From contig JBFRWI010000175.1 of assembly GCA_051439505.1 (NCBI GenBank), positions 1 to 60,533 on the forward strand: 60,533 nt of DNA, written 5' to 3'. The first letter of the stretch is position 1. The number at the start of each line of letters is the position of its first letter. The position numbers and the translations under genes were made by a program. The notes beneath the pieces were generated by a model. The model made no database searches and had not been told where the DNA came from. It worked only from the letters and a program-made list of their open reading frames with translations. Shown here in pieces: positions 1 to 8,895 of the stretch. Origin of the DNA: Hormoscilla sp. (GTDB taxonomy: Bacteria; Cyanobacteriota; Cyanobacteriia; Cyanobacteriales; Desertifilaceae).

Positions 1-44
1 ATGACGGTACTATCAAGATCTGGCAGGCCGGGTTGAGGGAGTAA
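1..44 (+). CDS. 3' end of a WD40-repeat protein (partial)
   Basis: The frame from nt 3 reads DGTIKIWQAGLRE-stop (TAA 42-44); DGTIKIW is a typical WD40 repeat end. Confidence 0.7.
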   Translation, partial: DGTIKIWQAGLRE

Positions 45-194
45 AAGGTCAAAGGAAAAATGCAAATGTCGGATGCCAGGGTTTGCCAGTTCGCCGCTTT
101 TGCGATACCCCTTGTATCCCTTGTATCCCTTGTCTACTTCATCTCGCCAATTGCGCAACGCTTTTGGATTCTATCAAAACCAACTTTAGCAATT

Positions 195-765
195 ATGTCT
201 GCAAAAGATATCTTTCACGATACAGCGCGAACTGCTTTGGAAAAAATGGATGGATTATTACGAAAGATCCTCTATTCTTAAATCTGACTATAGCAGTTCT
301 CTTGCTTAGTGTGATATGCTGTCGGGGAGATTGCTTCGGGGGGGGTTGACTCATAAAGCATAAGTCGATCGCGACGTCCCCCCCCCTCGCAATGACAAAT
401 AAACTATGAAAGCTGTACCACATCAATTTGAGAAATGCAATAAACAATTTAAGATTAACATAGATCTGGGATGTAAAAAGTTACTTGCCGCCGAAAATGC
501 CACGCATAAAATAGCAGTAGAAGTCAAAAGCTTTGTTGGCAGATCGGCAGTTTCCGAATTTCATACAGCGGTAGGTCAATTTCTGAATTATCGTTTAGCA
601 TTAGAACTATTGGCATCAGAACGAGTGCTTTATCTAGCTGTACCTGCCGACATCTATCAAGATTTCTTTACCGATGAGTTCGTACAAGCAGTTCTGCAAC
701 GATATCAAATAAAAGTGTTGGTATTTAACGTGCAAAAACAGGAGATTACATTATGGAAAGACTAG
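195..765 (+). pseudogene. xisH: XisH family protein, disrupted by a 1-nt frameshift and a MITE
   Basis: MSAKDIFHDTARTALEK, then a frameshift in the A-run at 241-246 to GWIITKDPLFLNL. Removing the element at 291-440 plus one TA restores LTKQFKINIDLGCKKLLAAE...KIAVEVKSF...GQFLNYRLAL...LYLAVP. Confidence 0.88.
291..440. mobile_element. 150-bp MITE with TA target duplication (family A)
   Basis: Ends TAGCAGTTCTC / GAGAAATGCAA form a 9/11 inverted repeat, flanked by TA at 289-290 and 441-442. An inverted copy lies at 49380-49527. Confidence 0.85.
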
Positions 766-1085
766 ATTATCGGGAGTTGGTTCAGGATCTTATCAGTCAA
801 CACGCACGGGAACAGTCAGACGACTATGCAGAAACAGCAGAAATAGTTTTCGATACAGAACGCGATCGCTATTTATTGTTGTATGTGGGATGGCGTGATG
901 AAGATCGCATGCATGGATGCCCAATTCATATCGATATCAAGGATGGAAAAATTTGGATTCAACGGGATTTTACCGAAGAAGGATTGGCAACTAAATTGGT
1001 GGAGTTCGGCGTGCCCCAAACCGATATTGTTTTAGGATTTCGCGCTCCTTATGTTCGACAATTTACAGGTTTTGCTGTCGCTTGA
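753..1085 (+). CDS. xisI: XisI family protein
   Basis: FDTERDRYLLLYVGW, HIDIKDGKIWIQRDFTEEG and DIVLGF motifs; overlaps the xisH end. Confidence 0.93.
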   Translation: MERLDYRELVQDLISQHAREQSDDYAETAEIVFDTERDRYLLLYVGWRDEDRMHGCPIHIDIKDGKIWIQRDFTEEGLATKLVEFGVPQTDIVLGFRAPYVRQFTGFAVA

Positions 1086-1167
1086 AAGCATTTTTTTGCA
1101 CCCGATCGCCTTCCGAACGGGTACACTGCACTTTGGCACGGGCGAAACTTTGACCCCACCTCGCGTG

Positions 1168-1237
1168 CCAGAAACCGGGTTTCTTATCAAATTTTGCTTT
1201 GTTACGCCATATTTTGTCGCAGAAACCCGGTTTCTTG
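1168..1237. repeat. REP-like palindromic pair AGAAACCGGGTTTCT / AGAAACCCGGTTTCT
   Basis: Two near-palindromic copies about 50 bp apart in the intergenic region. Confidence 0.7.
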
Positions 1238-1291
1238 TCTGAGGTTATTAGATCTCGTGCTATAATAGCTGACAAAGCTATTTACAGATTG

Positions 1292-1540
1292 ATGAAGATG
1301 AAATTAGACCGGATAACTAGCAATCCAGGGCGCATGAACGGACAACCCTGTATCCGCAATATGCGCTTGACAGTTCGTCGGGTAATTGAATTGTTGGCAA
1401 CCTACCCCGATCGGGAAGAATTATATCGAGAATTTCCCGAACTCGAAGAAGAAGATATTCAGCAAGCGCTAATCTTTGCATCCACTTACTTAGACGATCG
1501 GATCGTAGAACTATCTCCAAGTTATGAAACTGTTGCTTGA
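1292..1540 (+). CDS. DUF433 family antitoxin
   Basis: RITSNPGRMNGQPCIRNMRLTV...EFPELEEEDIQQAL; overlaps the downstream PIN gene. Start is at 1292 or 1298. Confidence 0.88.
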   Translation: MKMKLDRITSNPGRMNGQPCIRNMRLTVRRVIELLATYPDREELYREFPELEEEDIQQALIFASTYLDDRIVELSPSYETVA

Positions 1541-1886
1541 CCAAGGATTGCCACTTTCTGCATCTACTCTGTTATGCGAAGCTGGGATTGATACCATTCA
1601 CGCCGCCGAGATTGGTTTATCAACAGCAGAAGATATAGAGATTATTGACAGAGCACGAGAGGACGAGAGGATCGTTGTAACCTTAGATGCAGACTTTCAT
1701 ACTTTGCTAGCCCTTGGTGAAGCTACTTCTCCTTCGGTTATTCGTATCCGGATAGAAGGTTTACGCGCTCAAGCACTGACTGACTTGTTATTGACAGTCA
1801 TTGATGAATGCAGCGACGAACTGGAAAAAGGTGCAGCAGTCACTGTTGAAATAAGCCGCATTCGTGTTCGGAATCTCCCGTTATAG
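1524..1886 (+). CDS. DUF5615 PIN-like toxin
   Basis: MKLLLDQGLP...DIEII..A..DERIVVTLDADF...PSVIRIR. Confidence 0.88.
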   Translation: MKLLLDQGLPLSASTLLCEAGIDTIHAAEIGLSTAEDIEIIDRAREDERIVVTLDADFHTLLALGEATSPSVIRIRIEGLRAQALTDLLLTVIDECSDELEKGAAVTVEISRIRVRNLPL

Positions 1887-1914
1887 GGAATCTCGGCATT
1901 GATGTGGTATCGCC

Positions 1915-2076
1915 CAATACCTCTCGGTTAAGGATATAGGTTGTCATTGCGAGGGGGGGGGCACGTATATGCGTCGTCGGTGAGATTGCTTCGGGGGGTC
2001 TGGTGGGCGGCGATCCCTAAATTATCGGTTTGGGTTTCCCCCCTCGCAATGACAAGTTGTTAACCGAGAAGTATTG
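1915..2076. mobile_element. 162-bp MITE with 17-bp TIR and 10-bp TSD, nested in a family-A MITE remnant
   Basis: CAATACCTCTCGGTTAA / TTAACCGAGAAGTATTG (16/17 match); TGGTATCGCC repeated at 1905-1914 and 2077-2086. Confidence 0.85.
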
Positions 2077-2128
2077 TGGTATCGCCTATTTGTCCGGAGC
2101 GATTTTTCGCGCTCCCAGTTTTGCAACC

Positions 2129-2181
2129 TAGCCCGCGCAGGCGGGCTTTGTATATGTAGCCGAACCCTAAAGGGTCCGGGC
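2129..2181. repeat. REP-like element (inverted copy at about 43267-43320)
   Basis: TAGCCCGCGCAGGCGGGCT hairpin plus GAACCCTAAAGGGTCC at both places. Confidence 0.7.
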
Positions 2182-2212
2182 GGCTTTATCAAAGAATTAG
2201 TGCTTGGATAGG

Positions 2213-3319
2213 ATGAGTAAATTTGAGTTTGCCCTGGCGAGTCCAGCAGATGACGCCCAACTGCGCCAACGCATGGCGGAAGATTCCATGGCAGGTGATA
2301 TTTCGGTCAGTTTCCGTCGGGAACCGAGTTATTTTGCCGGTTGCCAAGTCCAAGGGGAATCTTTTCAAGTAATTAAATGTGTTGAACGGGACACCGGACG
2401 GATAGTAGCTTTGGGCAGTCGATCGATCGAGACTGCTTTTATTAATGGCAAACCCCAAAGGTTGGGATATTTGGCAGATTTACGCTGTCATCCCGAATAT
2501 CGTCAGGGGACGCTGTTAGGGCGGGGTTATCGGTTTTTGCGGCAAATACATGAGGCGGACCCCGTCCCTCTCTATTATTCTGTAATTCTCCAGGGGAATA
2601 GTACTGCCCAGGAAAATCTTCTGGGGGCCAGGGCGGGTTTGCCCGTTTATCGGGATCTGGGGTTGATGCTTACTCCTGCCATTCATTTGGATTTTCCCTT
2701 ATCAGAAATTAAATTGACTGGGGTAGAATTTGCCCGAGGAAAACCCCCACAGTTGCCAGAAATATTAACTTTCGTACAAAGGTGCCAGTCCCAAAAGCAA
2801 TTTGCCCGCAAGTATCGCCTCGAAGATTTTTACAGTCCCAGGTTGCTGGGGTTGCAAGCTGAAGATTTTTATCTCGCCATTCGTGGTAATGAATTGGTAG
2901 GGACCATCGCCGCTTGGCATCAGGGCCAGTTTCGCCAAACCTATATCGAAGGTTACAGTCCCTCCTTGGCGATCGCCCGTCCGTTCTACAATCTGTTAGC
3001 AAGAATAACGCCCCTGAAACCTTTGCCCGCCCCTGGGGAGGTGGTGCCCTATTTTTATCTGGCCTTTGTGGCGATCGCCCGCAACGACCCGGAGATTTTC
3101 CGGGCCTTACTGCGGCAAGTTTATCGCGATCGCCTGGGGGGAAAGAGCAATTATTTTATTGCGGGGTTGCACGAACGGGATCCCCTTGCTACAATCTTAA
3201 CAGAATACCGTCGCATTGAGGCCGCCGGACATTTATATGCGGTCTATTATCCCGATGGCGAATTTACGTTTGAACAACTGGACGAACGAGTACCCTATAT
3301 AGAAATGGCAGCAGTATGA
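2213..3319 (+). CDS. GNAT-fold (N-acyltransferase-like) protein
   Basis: 368-aa ORF; GYLADLRCHPEYRQGTLLGRGY resembles GNAT motif A; ATGA overlap with the next gene. Confidence 0.65.
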   Translation: MSKFEFALASPADDAQLRQRMAEDSMAGDISVSFRREPSYFAGCQVQGESFQVIKCVERDTGRIVALGSRSIETAFINGKPQRLGYLADLRCHPEYRQGTLLGRGYRFLRQIHEADPVPLYYSVILQGNSTAQENLLGARAGLPVYRDLGLMLTPAIHLDFPLSEIKLTGVEFARGKPPQLPEILTFVQRCQSQKQFARKYRLEDFYSPRLLGLQAEDFYLAIRGNELVGTIAAWHQGQFRQTYIEGYSPSLAIARPFYNLLARITPLKPLPAPGEVVPYFYLAFVAIARNDPEIFRALLRQVYRDRLGGKSNYFIAGLHERDPLATILTEYRRIEAAGHLYAVYYPDGEFTFEQLDERVPYIEMAAV

Positions 3320-6123
3320 CAACATTGAACTTCAATTTATCTCCCGTTTTCCCCAACTGGGAACGCCGACCCTGTTGGGGGGATCCGCGAATAGCTGTTT
3401 TAGCTATTTTAGCAGTTTATCTGACCTTGGGCATCACCGTGCTGGGATTTAATCGTTCTCCCGCACAAATACTGCTGATTGTCAGTTCCGCTTGTGCCTT
3501 AGATATGCTATTTCATTGGCTATTTCGCGGAGGCACTTTGCTGTTTCCCCTCAGTGCCGCGATCACCGGTTGTTCCCTGAGTATTCTCACTAACTTTGCC
3601 CACGGGTTGTGGTTGCCCGTCGTCCCCGTTTTCTTCGCCATCGCCTCTAAATATCTCATCACTTACCAAAAACGTCACGTTTTCAATCCCGCTTTATTTG
3701 GGATAGTCATGAGTTTGCTGGTCGCGAATGGGGCGATCGCCGCTTCACCAGCTTATCAATGGGGCGGTTCTCTGGCCATGGTCGCCTTTATTGTCACCAC
3801 CGCCTTACTGCTATTTGCCTTCAAGATTAAGCGTACTGCTTTGATCCTTTCCTTTTTGGGATTTTATGCCATTCAGTTGGGCATTCGCGCTTACTTGATG
3901 TATGATATCGTGCCGCCGGAAACCATCGTCCTGGGAACCCTCACCTCCCCCGCCTTTTATCTGTTTACCTTTTTCATGATTACGGACCCCGCCACTTCTC
4001 CCCCCACGGTTAAGGGACAAGTTTGGATGTCCTTCATCATCGTGGTGGTAGATTTATTATTGCACAAATATGAGTCCGTGTCAACCTTCTTTTATGCGGG
4101 ATTCATTTATTTTGCCGGTCGCTGGGCCTGGCATTGGACTGGGGCAGTAAAACAGGCGATCGCCGCCCGCAAGCTTGACATCGGGACCGATTTGCGGGTA
4201 ATATATAGATGGGCGGTTATTGGGGCGATCGGCATGACGGGCCTGTGGGGATATCAAGAGTTGGTGGCGGCCAAAGCAGTGGTAAATCCGGATTTTACCT
4301 TTGTGGAAATTAGGGCCGAGGATGCGGGAATAACGACGAGACCCAGTGATATTCTCCAACAAGTGGATCGGCGGATCCAGCATGTGGGCAAATGGTTGCT
4401 GTCCGTGGGAGACGCGGTGGCCGTTGCGGATGTGGATAATGATGGATGGCAGGATATTTTATTGACCTATCCCCTGAAAGCAGAGGGCGATCGGGCATCG
4501 CTGTACCGGAACAAAGGCAATTTCCAATTTGAAAGGATCCCCCTGCCAGCATTAGATTCATTAGTTGCCCATCAGGAAACGGAAGGACTGCCCTCGGGGG
4601 CCCTGTGGTTCGATCGGGATAATGACGGGGACTCGGATTTACTATTAATGGTAGGATATGGGAAAACCCGGTTACTAGAAAATCGCTGGATAGAAGAGGG
4701 CAAGATAGAATTTGTCGATATATCCCAAGCAGCAGGAATTGATGAATATACCATCAGTCTGACAGCTAATGCCCTGGACGCGAATCGGGACGGGAAGTTA
4801 GACTTAATAGTGGGGAATGCCATGAACCCCTGGTTGAGGGATTACGAGGAACCAACCGAGTTTAACATATTTGACCTGCCCGCACCGGAATATCCCGGGG
4901 ACAGGCGGATGTTTGACTTCATGCATCGCAGTTGGCATAATGCCAATAACGGTGGCGAAAATCTGTTTTACTTGAATGGGGGCCGGAGATTTGTCAAGCA
5001 AGATGTAGGGGAGTGGGGTTTGGCAGGAAATCGCTGGACCTTAGATATCGGGACGGGAGATTTGAATGGAGATAACTTTACAGATTTATATCTGGCCAAT
5101 GATTTCGGTCCCGATAACCTCTATCTCAACCAAGGGGGCGAGAAGTTTCTAGAAGTACGGGGGACGTTAGTGGGAGATGTGAGTCACGATACTTACAAGG
5201 GGATGAATGCTTCCCTGGGAGATCTGGATAATAACGGACAGTTAGATATTTATGTGTCTAACGTCCACGAAAAGCTGCAAGCGGAAGGAAGTTTACTCTG
5301 GATGAATGATGGCAATGTTGAGGCAGCGGGGGCCAAAGCTTTTCAAGACCGGGCGGTGAAATGGAACGCCCTCAATGAAAATCGCTTCGGTTGGGGCGCA
5401 GCAATGGGAGATTTAGACCGTTCTGGGTTACTTGATATCCTGCAAGCAAATGGCATGGTGGATGATAGTTACGATCGCCCCAGAGAAAATGCCGATAACT
5501 GGAAACCATGGGCCATATTACCGGCGCCCCAATTCACCCAGTCAACGGGACAGCAGCAATGTCCCGACTATTGGTACTGGAATGCCCAAATTGCCTTGAC
5601 AAGTCCCGATATTCACGGGTATGCTGACAGCTGGGCAGACTTGCGGGGACGCTGCATCTTCCCCTATGAAGCAAATCGCGTTTATCTAAATCAGGGGGAT
5701 AAATTTATCGATGTAGCGACAGAGGTAGGTTGGACGGAACTGGGAAATTCGCGGGGTATTGCTTTAGCGGATCTGGATAATGATGGAGATTTGGATGCTT
5801 TGGTCACCCATCAATTCGCCCCGGTCTCGATCTACAGGAATGATTCCACGGCTAAATCCTGGTTGGGTTTGGATTTGATCGGCAATGGTACCACTTGTAA
5901 TCGAGATGCGATCGGGACTAAGGTAATTGTTGACTCGCCAGGGGGGCGTCAGTGGCGAGAAGTCCAAGAATCAAATGGCTTTTCCGCCCAGGGCGATCGG
6001 CGTTTATTATTTGGATTGGGGAATGAAACCCAGGACGTACAAGTACAGATCTATTGGTGCGGTAATGCTACCCCCGATGTTCTGGAATTGACGCCCGATC
6101 GCTATTATACAATAGAACAGTAA
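3316..6123 (+). CDS. Fusion of an RnfD/NqrB (UnbU-like) membrane domain with an FG-GAP/CRTAC1 ASPIC-UnbV domain
   Basis: Polytopic N-terminal region of about 300 aa with SKYL..HVFNPALFG and LFTFFMITDPATSP; multiple DxDxDGxxD FG-GAP repeats; C-terminal RDAIGTKV...GFSAQGDRRLLFGLG (ASPIC/UnbV). Confidence 0.8.
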   Translation: MTTLNFNLSPVFPNWERRPCWGDPRIAVLAILAVYLTLGITVLGFNRSPAQILLIVSSACALDMLFHWLFRGGTLLFPLSAAITGCSLSILTNFAHGLWLPVVPVFFAIASKYLITYQKRHVFNPALFGIVMSLLVANGAIAASPAYQWGGSLAMVAFIVTTALLLFAFKIKRTALILSFLGFYAIQLGIRAYLMYDIVPPETIVLGTLTSPAFYLFTFFMITDPATSPPTVKGQVWMSFIIVVVDLLLHKYESVSTFFYAGFIYFAGRWAWHWTGAVKQAIAARKLDIGTDLRVIYRWAVIGAIGMTGLWGYQELVAAKAVVNPDFTFVEIRAEDAGITTRPSDILQQVDRRIQHVGKWLLSVGDAVAVADVDNDGWQDILLTYPLKAEGDRASLYRNKGNFQFERIPLPALDSLVAHQETEGLPSGALWFDRDNDGDSDLLLMVGYGKTRLLENRWIEEGKIEFVDISQAAGIDEYTISLTANALDANRDGKLDLIVGNAMNPWLRDYEEPTEFNIFDLPAPEYPGDRRMFDFMHRSWHNANNGGENLFYLNGGRRFVKQDVGEWGLAGNRWTLDIGTGDLNGDNFTDLYLANDFGPDNLYLNQGGEKFLEVRGTLVGDVSHDTYKGMNASLGDLDNNGQLDIYVSNVHEKLQAEGSLLWMNDGNVEAAGAKAFQDRAVKWNALNENRFGWGAAMGDLDRSGLLDILQANGMVDDSYDRPRENADNWKPWAILPAPQFTQSTGQQQCPDYWYWNAQIALTSPDIHGYADSWADLRGRCIFPYEANRVYLNQGDKFIDVATEVGWTELGNSRGIALADLDNDGDLDALVTHQFAPVSIYRNDSTAKSWLGLDLIGNGTTCNRDAIGTKVIVDSPGGRQWREVQESNGFSAQGDRRLLFGLGNETQDVQVQIYWCGNATPDVLELTPDRYYTIEQ

Positions 6124-6440
6124 GGTTTGTAGTGAGGACTTTAGTCCTCATCTGATCGGGCGCAAAGACTAAAGTCTTTACTACGAACCCTGGAAAGACT
6201 AAAGTCTTTACTACGAACCCCGGACTACGAACCCCGGACCGCTTAATCATTATGCTATTAGTCGGTTTTAACCGACTTTAGCTATTAGCCGGGGGTTTGA
6301 ACCCCCGGCGGGCTGACAGCGAAGTGAGAGGATTTATCGCACAGAATTGTAGCAACCTTTTTGACCAATGGTATAAAGTCTTTACTACGAACCCGGGAAA
6401 GACTAAAGTCTTTACTACGAACCTCACTACGAACCTCACT
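6123..6440. repeat. Cluster of REP-like repeats (GACTAAAGTCTTTACTACGAACC units) with a nested CCGGGGGTTTGAACCCCCGG element
   Basis: Repeated units at 6167-6232 and 6375-6440. The inner element at 6261-6325 recurs at about 43750, 43840, 45052, 56587 and 57980. Confidence 0.8.
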
Positions 6441-6875
6441 ATGACAAGATCAGCACATACGGTCATCAAATCTATCTATGAAGCAATTAACCGTCGGGAT
6501 GTTCCCGCCGCCATGCAGTTCGTAGATGATGAATGTATCTATCAAGACCTTAACTTCCCTCAACCTTTTCAGGGAAAACAGGCCGTCGAACAACTTTTTA
6601 CAGAATCTTGTCAAAATGTCCCCGATGATTTACAATTTGTGCTCGACGAGATTACTACAGGCGATCGCCTGACAGTCGGTCTTCTCTGGCATGTCGAACT
6701 TGATGGCATTCCCTTTCCTAACGGACGGGGAGTCAGTTTCTATCGTCTGTCTGAGACGACCGGAAAATTAGTATTTGCCCGGGACATAGTCGAACCCCCC
6801 ATTAAACCAGGTAAAGCGGCATTCTTCATCATTCGCTTGGTAACTCCCCTGGTACGGAAACTTTTGAAGCAGTAG
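6441..6875 (+). CDS. SnoaL-like/NTF2 family protein
   Basis: IYEAINRRD...DDECIYQD...PFQGKQAV...PDDLQFVLDEI...VGLLWHVEL...GRGVSFY. The upstream ORF extension is repeat DNA. Confidence 0.82.
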   Translation: MTRSAHTVIKSIYEAINRRDVPAAMQFVDDECIYQDLNFPQPFQGKQAVEQLFTESCQNVPDDLQFVLDEITTGDRLTVGLLWHVELDGIPFPNGRGVSFYRLSETTGKLVFARDIVEPPIKPGKAAFFIIRLVTPLVRKLLKQ

Positions 6876-7304
6876 AGAAGTAAAAATTCAAAATTAATAA
6901 TTCCCGGACAAGCGGGACAAGTCCTAAGAGTGCCGGTTACTTTGATTTTGGGGACCGGTCAATTATTGCTAGACTGAGCAAAAATACTTAGGCAATTCAC
7001 TGCCGGTGAAACCCTTTCAGAAAATAGGTTGATTTTTTTTGGCCAAAAAGCGGAAAATTCCTGGATGAAGGTACTTGACAAATGTACCAGCGTATGCTGT
7101 TTGGCAAAAATAGGTGGATATTTTTTTTGCAAACAGGTGGATAAAGGTGGATTGTCATGCTAAAATAATCTTTGTTATCTTGAGTAAAGAGGCTACCAAC
7201 TAAGCAGGTAGGCCCATGCTGCTATGGCTGGGAACAGTTGTTGAGCCCTTTAAGCAGGTAGCTGCTGGACAAATATTCTATAACCTTTCCTTAAGGAGAC
7301 AATA

Positions 7305-7775
7305 ATGAAAGAGACAATAATGCGTATCGTGATGATCTTGGTTGCTTCAGTATTCCTGTTTGCCACCAATGTTAGCAATGTGTTAGCGGCGGATCCCTGC
7401 CAGGGAGAATTCTGCGGTCCGTGGATAGGAACTTGGACGAGTTTGAATTCTCCCACATTTAACGGTACGATCACGATGAATGTAATTAAACAAGAGGGCA
7501 ATATGATTGAAGGGACCTCATTTTTTGGCAACACAAAATGTTCTCCCAAGCGCTTTTTCAAGGGTAAAATCTCAGGAGAATATAACAATTTTCTTAAGTT
7601 GAAAATGTTTCCTAAAGAAAACCCAGAAATTCAACTGTCCAAAGGTTGGGGGGCAATAAGTCGGACCAAAAATGCCATCAGCACGGTATACAAATTTACA
7701 AACTCTGAGTCTGAATGTAAGTATGATGTCGGCACAATGTTTGTATCTAAGGTTCAGCCCTATTCTCAGGATTGA
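7305..7775 (+). CDS. Hypothetical secreted protein
   Basis: AAGGAG RBS, signal peptide ending VLA-A, four Cys, AT-rich. Confidence 0.65.
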   Translation: MKETIMRIVMILVASVFLFATNVSNVLAADPCQGEFCGPWIGTWTSLNSPTFNGTITMNVIKQEGNMIEGTSFFGNTKCSPKRFFKGKISGEYNNFLKLKMFPKENPEIQLSKGWGAISRTKNAISTVYKFTNSESECKYDVGTMFVSKVQPYSQD

Positions 7776-7859
7776 AGGAATCATTAAGAAATAACCGCTC
7801 TTCCGGATGAGAGGCAACAAAGGAGGGTTTCTTGAAACCCTCCTGCTTCTGCGTCAATC

Positions 7860-8036
7860 AGCTAGAGTAAAGGAAATAATTATGAGTGCCGGTGGAATTA
7901 CTAGCCCCAAAATTTTGATGCTCTCAGGTATCGGTGACGAAAAAGAATTAGCAAAATTTGGTATTTCTGTAGTTGCGAAGGTTCCCGAAGTCGGTCAAAA
8001 TTTACATGACGATCTTTTTGTCAGTGCTGGATTTTC
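7860..8036 (+). pseudogene. Fragment of a GMC (choline dehydrogenase-like) oxidoreductase
   Basis: KEIIMSAGGITSPKILMLSGIG...LAKFGISVVAKVPEVGQNLHD matches the GMC signature region; the rest of the enzyme is absent. Confidence 0.75.
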
Positions 8037-8046
8037 TATTCTACTT

Positions 8047-8895
8047 ATGCTTCCTCTTTTGCGATATACCTCAGACTGGCGCAGCCTCGCCTTTCTGGCG
8101 ATCGCCTATTTCCTGTTACTCTTCCCCCTGCTATACGATCTTCCCCCGATCCTAGCTTTAATTTGGGTGCCCGTTAGCGGCCTGCAAAGCTTTTGCATCT
8201 GCGTTATCAACCACAACCACATGCATTTGTCAATCTTCAAGCAGCAGTGGGCAAACCTACTATTAAATATTGCCATTACCCTCGCTAAGGGACATAGTGC
8301 CACTGAAATTATTATCGCCCATAACTATAATCATCACGTTTATCACGGCAATGAAAAAGACTGGATGGGACCGGAGTTTGCCAGTCAAGGCATTGGCATC
8401 GGACGCCTCTGCCGCTATATAATTAAAGCAAGCGCTAATGCTGCCCGGGAAAGCAGTTCCCCCACGGCACCACCCTTGTCCAAGCAGCAGCAAAAAAGTA
8501 TCTTTCTGGAAAAAACTGCTTTAGGAATATTTCTCCTCGCCCTGCTGGCGATCGGGGGAGCAAACGTAAAAGTGCTCATTTTTGTGCTCTTACCTTGGGC
8601 GATCGGGACAGTTTGCCTGTTAGGAATTAACCTCTTGCAGCACGATGCTTGTCACCCCGACTCTTCCTACAATCATTCCCGCAATTTTACGGGTAGCCTC
8701 GGTAACTGGTTTTTCTTTAACAATGGCTATCATACCATCCATCACCTGCGACCGACCCAGCATTGGAGTCTGCTACCCCAAGGGCACGATCGCCTGGTGA
8801 AACCATACATCGACCCCCAGCTAGAAGTCAAGTCTCTTGGGGGTTTTCTATGGCGCTATCTGCTACAGGTTGAGGTCCCCGCCAAAAGCGAATAA
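8047..8895 (+). CDS. Membrane fatty acid desaturase family protein
   Basis: His boxes HNHMH, HNYNHH and LQH...NNGYHTIHH; transmembrane segments. Confidence 0.87.
   Translation: MLPLLRYTSDWRSLAFLAIAYFLLLFPLLYDLPPILALIWVPVSGLQSFCICVINHNHMHLSIFKQQWANLLLNIAITLAKGHSATEIIIAHNYNHHVYHGNEKDWMGPEFASQGIGIGRLCRYIIKASANAARESSSPTAPPLSKQQQKSIFLEKTALGIFLLALLAIGGANVKVLIFVLLPWAIGTVCLLGINLLQHDACHPDSSYNHSRNFTGSLGNWFFFNNGYHTIHHLRPTQHWSLLPQGHDRLVKPYIDPQLEVKSLGGFLWRYLLQVEVPAKSE

Noticed and set aside
6123..6440. GACTAAAGTCTTTACTACGAACC repeats as a CRISPR array
   Set aside because: Irregular spacing, inverted copies and no unique spacers; REP-like.
7185..7270. Possible riboswitch or ncRNA (TAAGCAGGTAG twice) upstream of the secreted-protein gene
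   Set aside because: I could not match it to any known RNA family or a convincing structure by eye.
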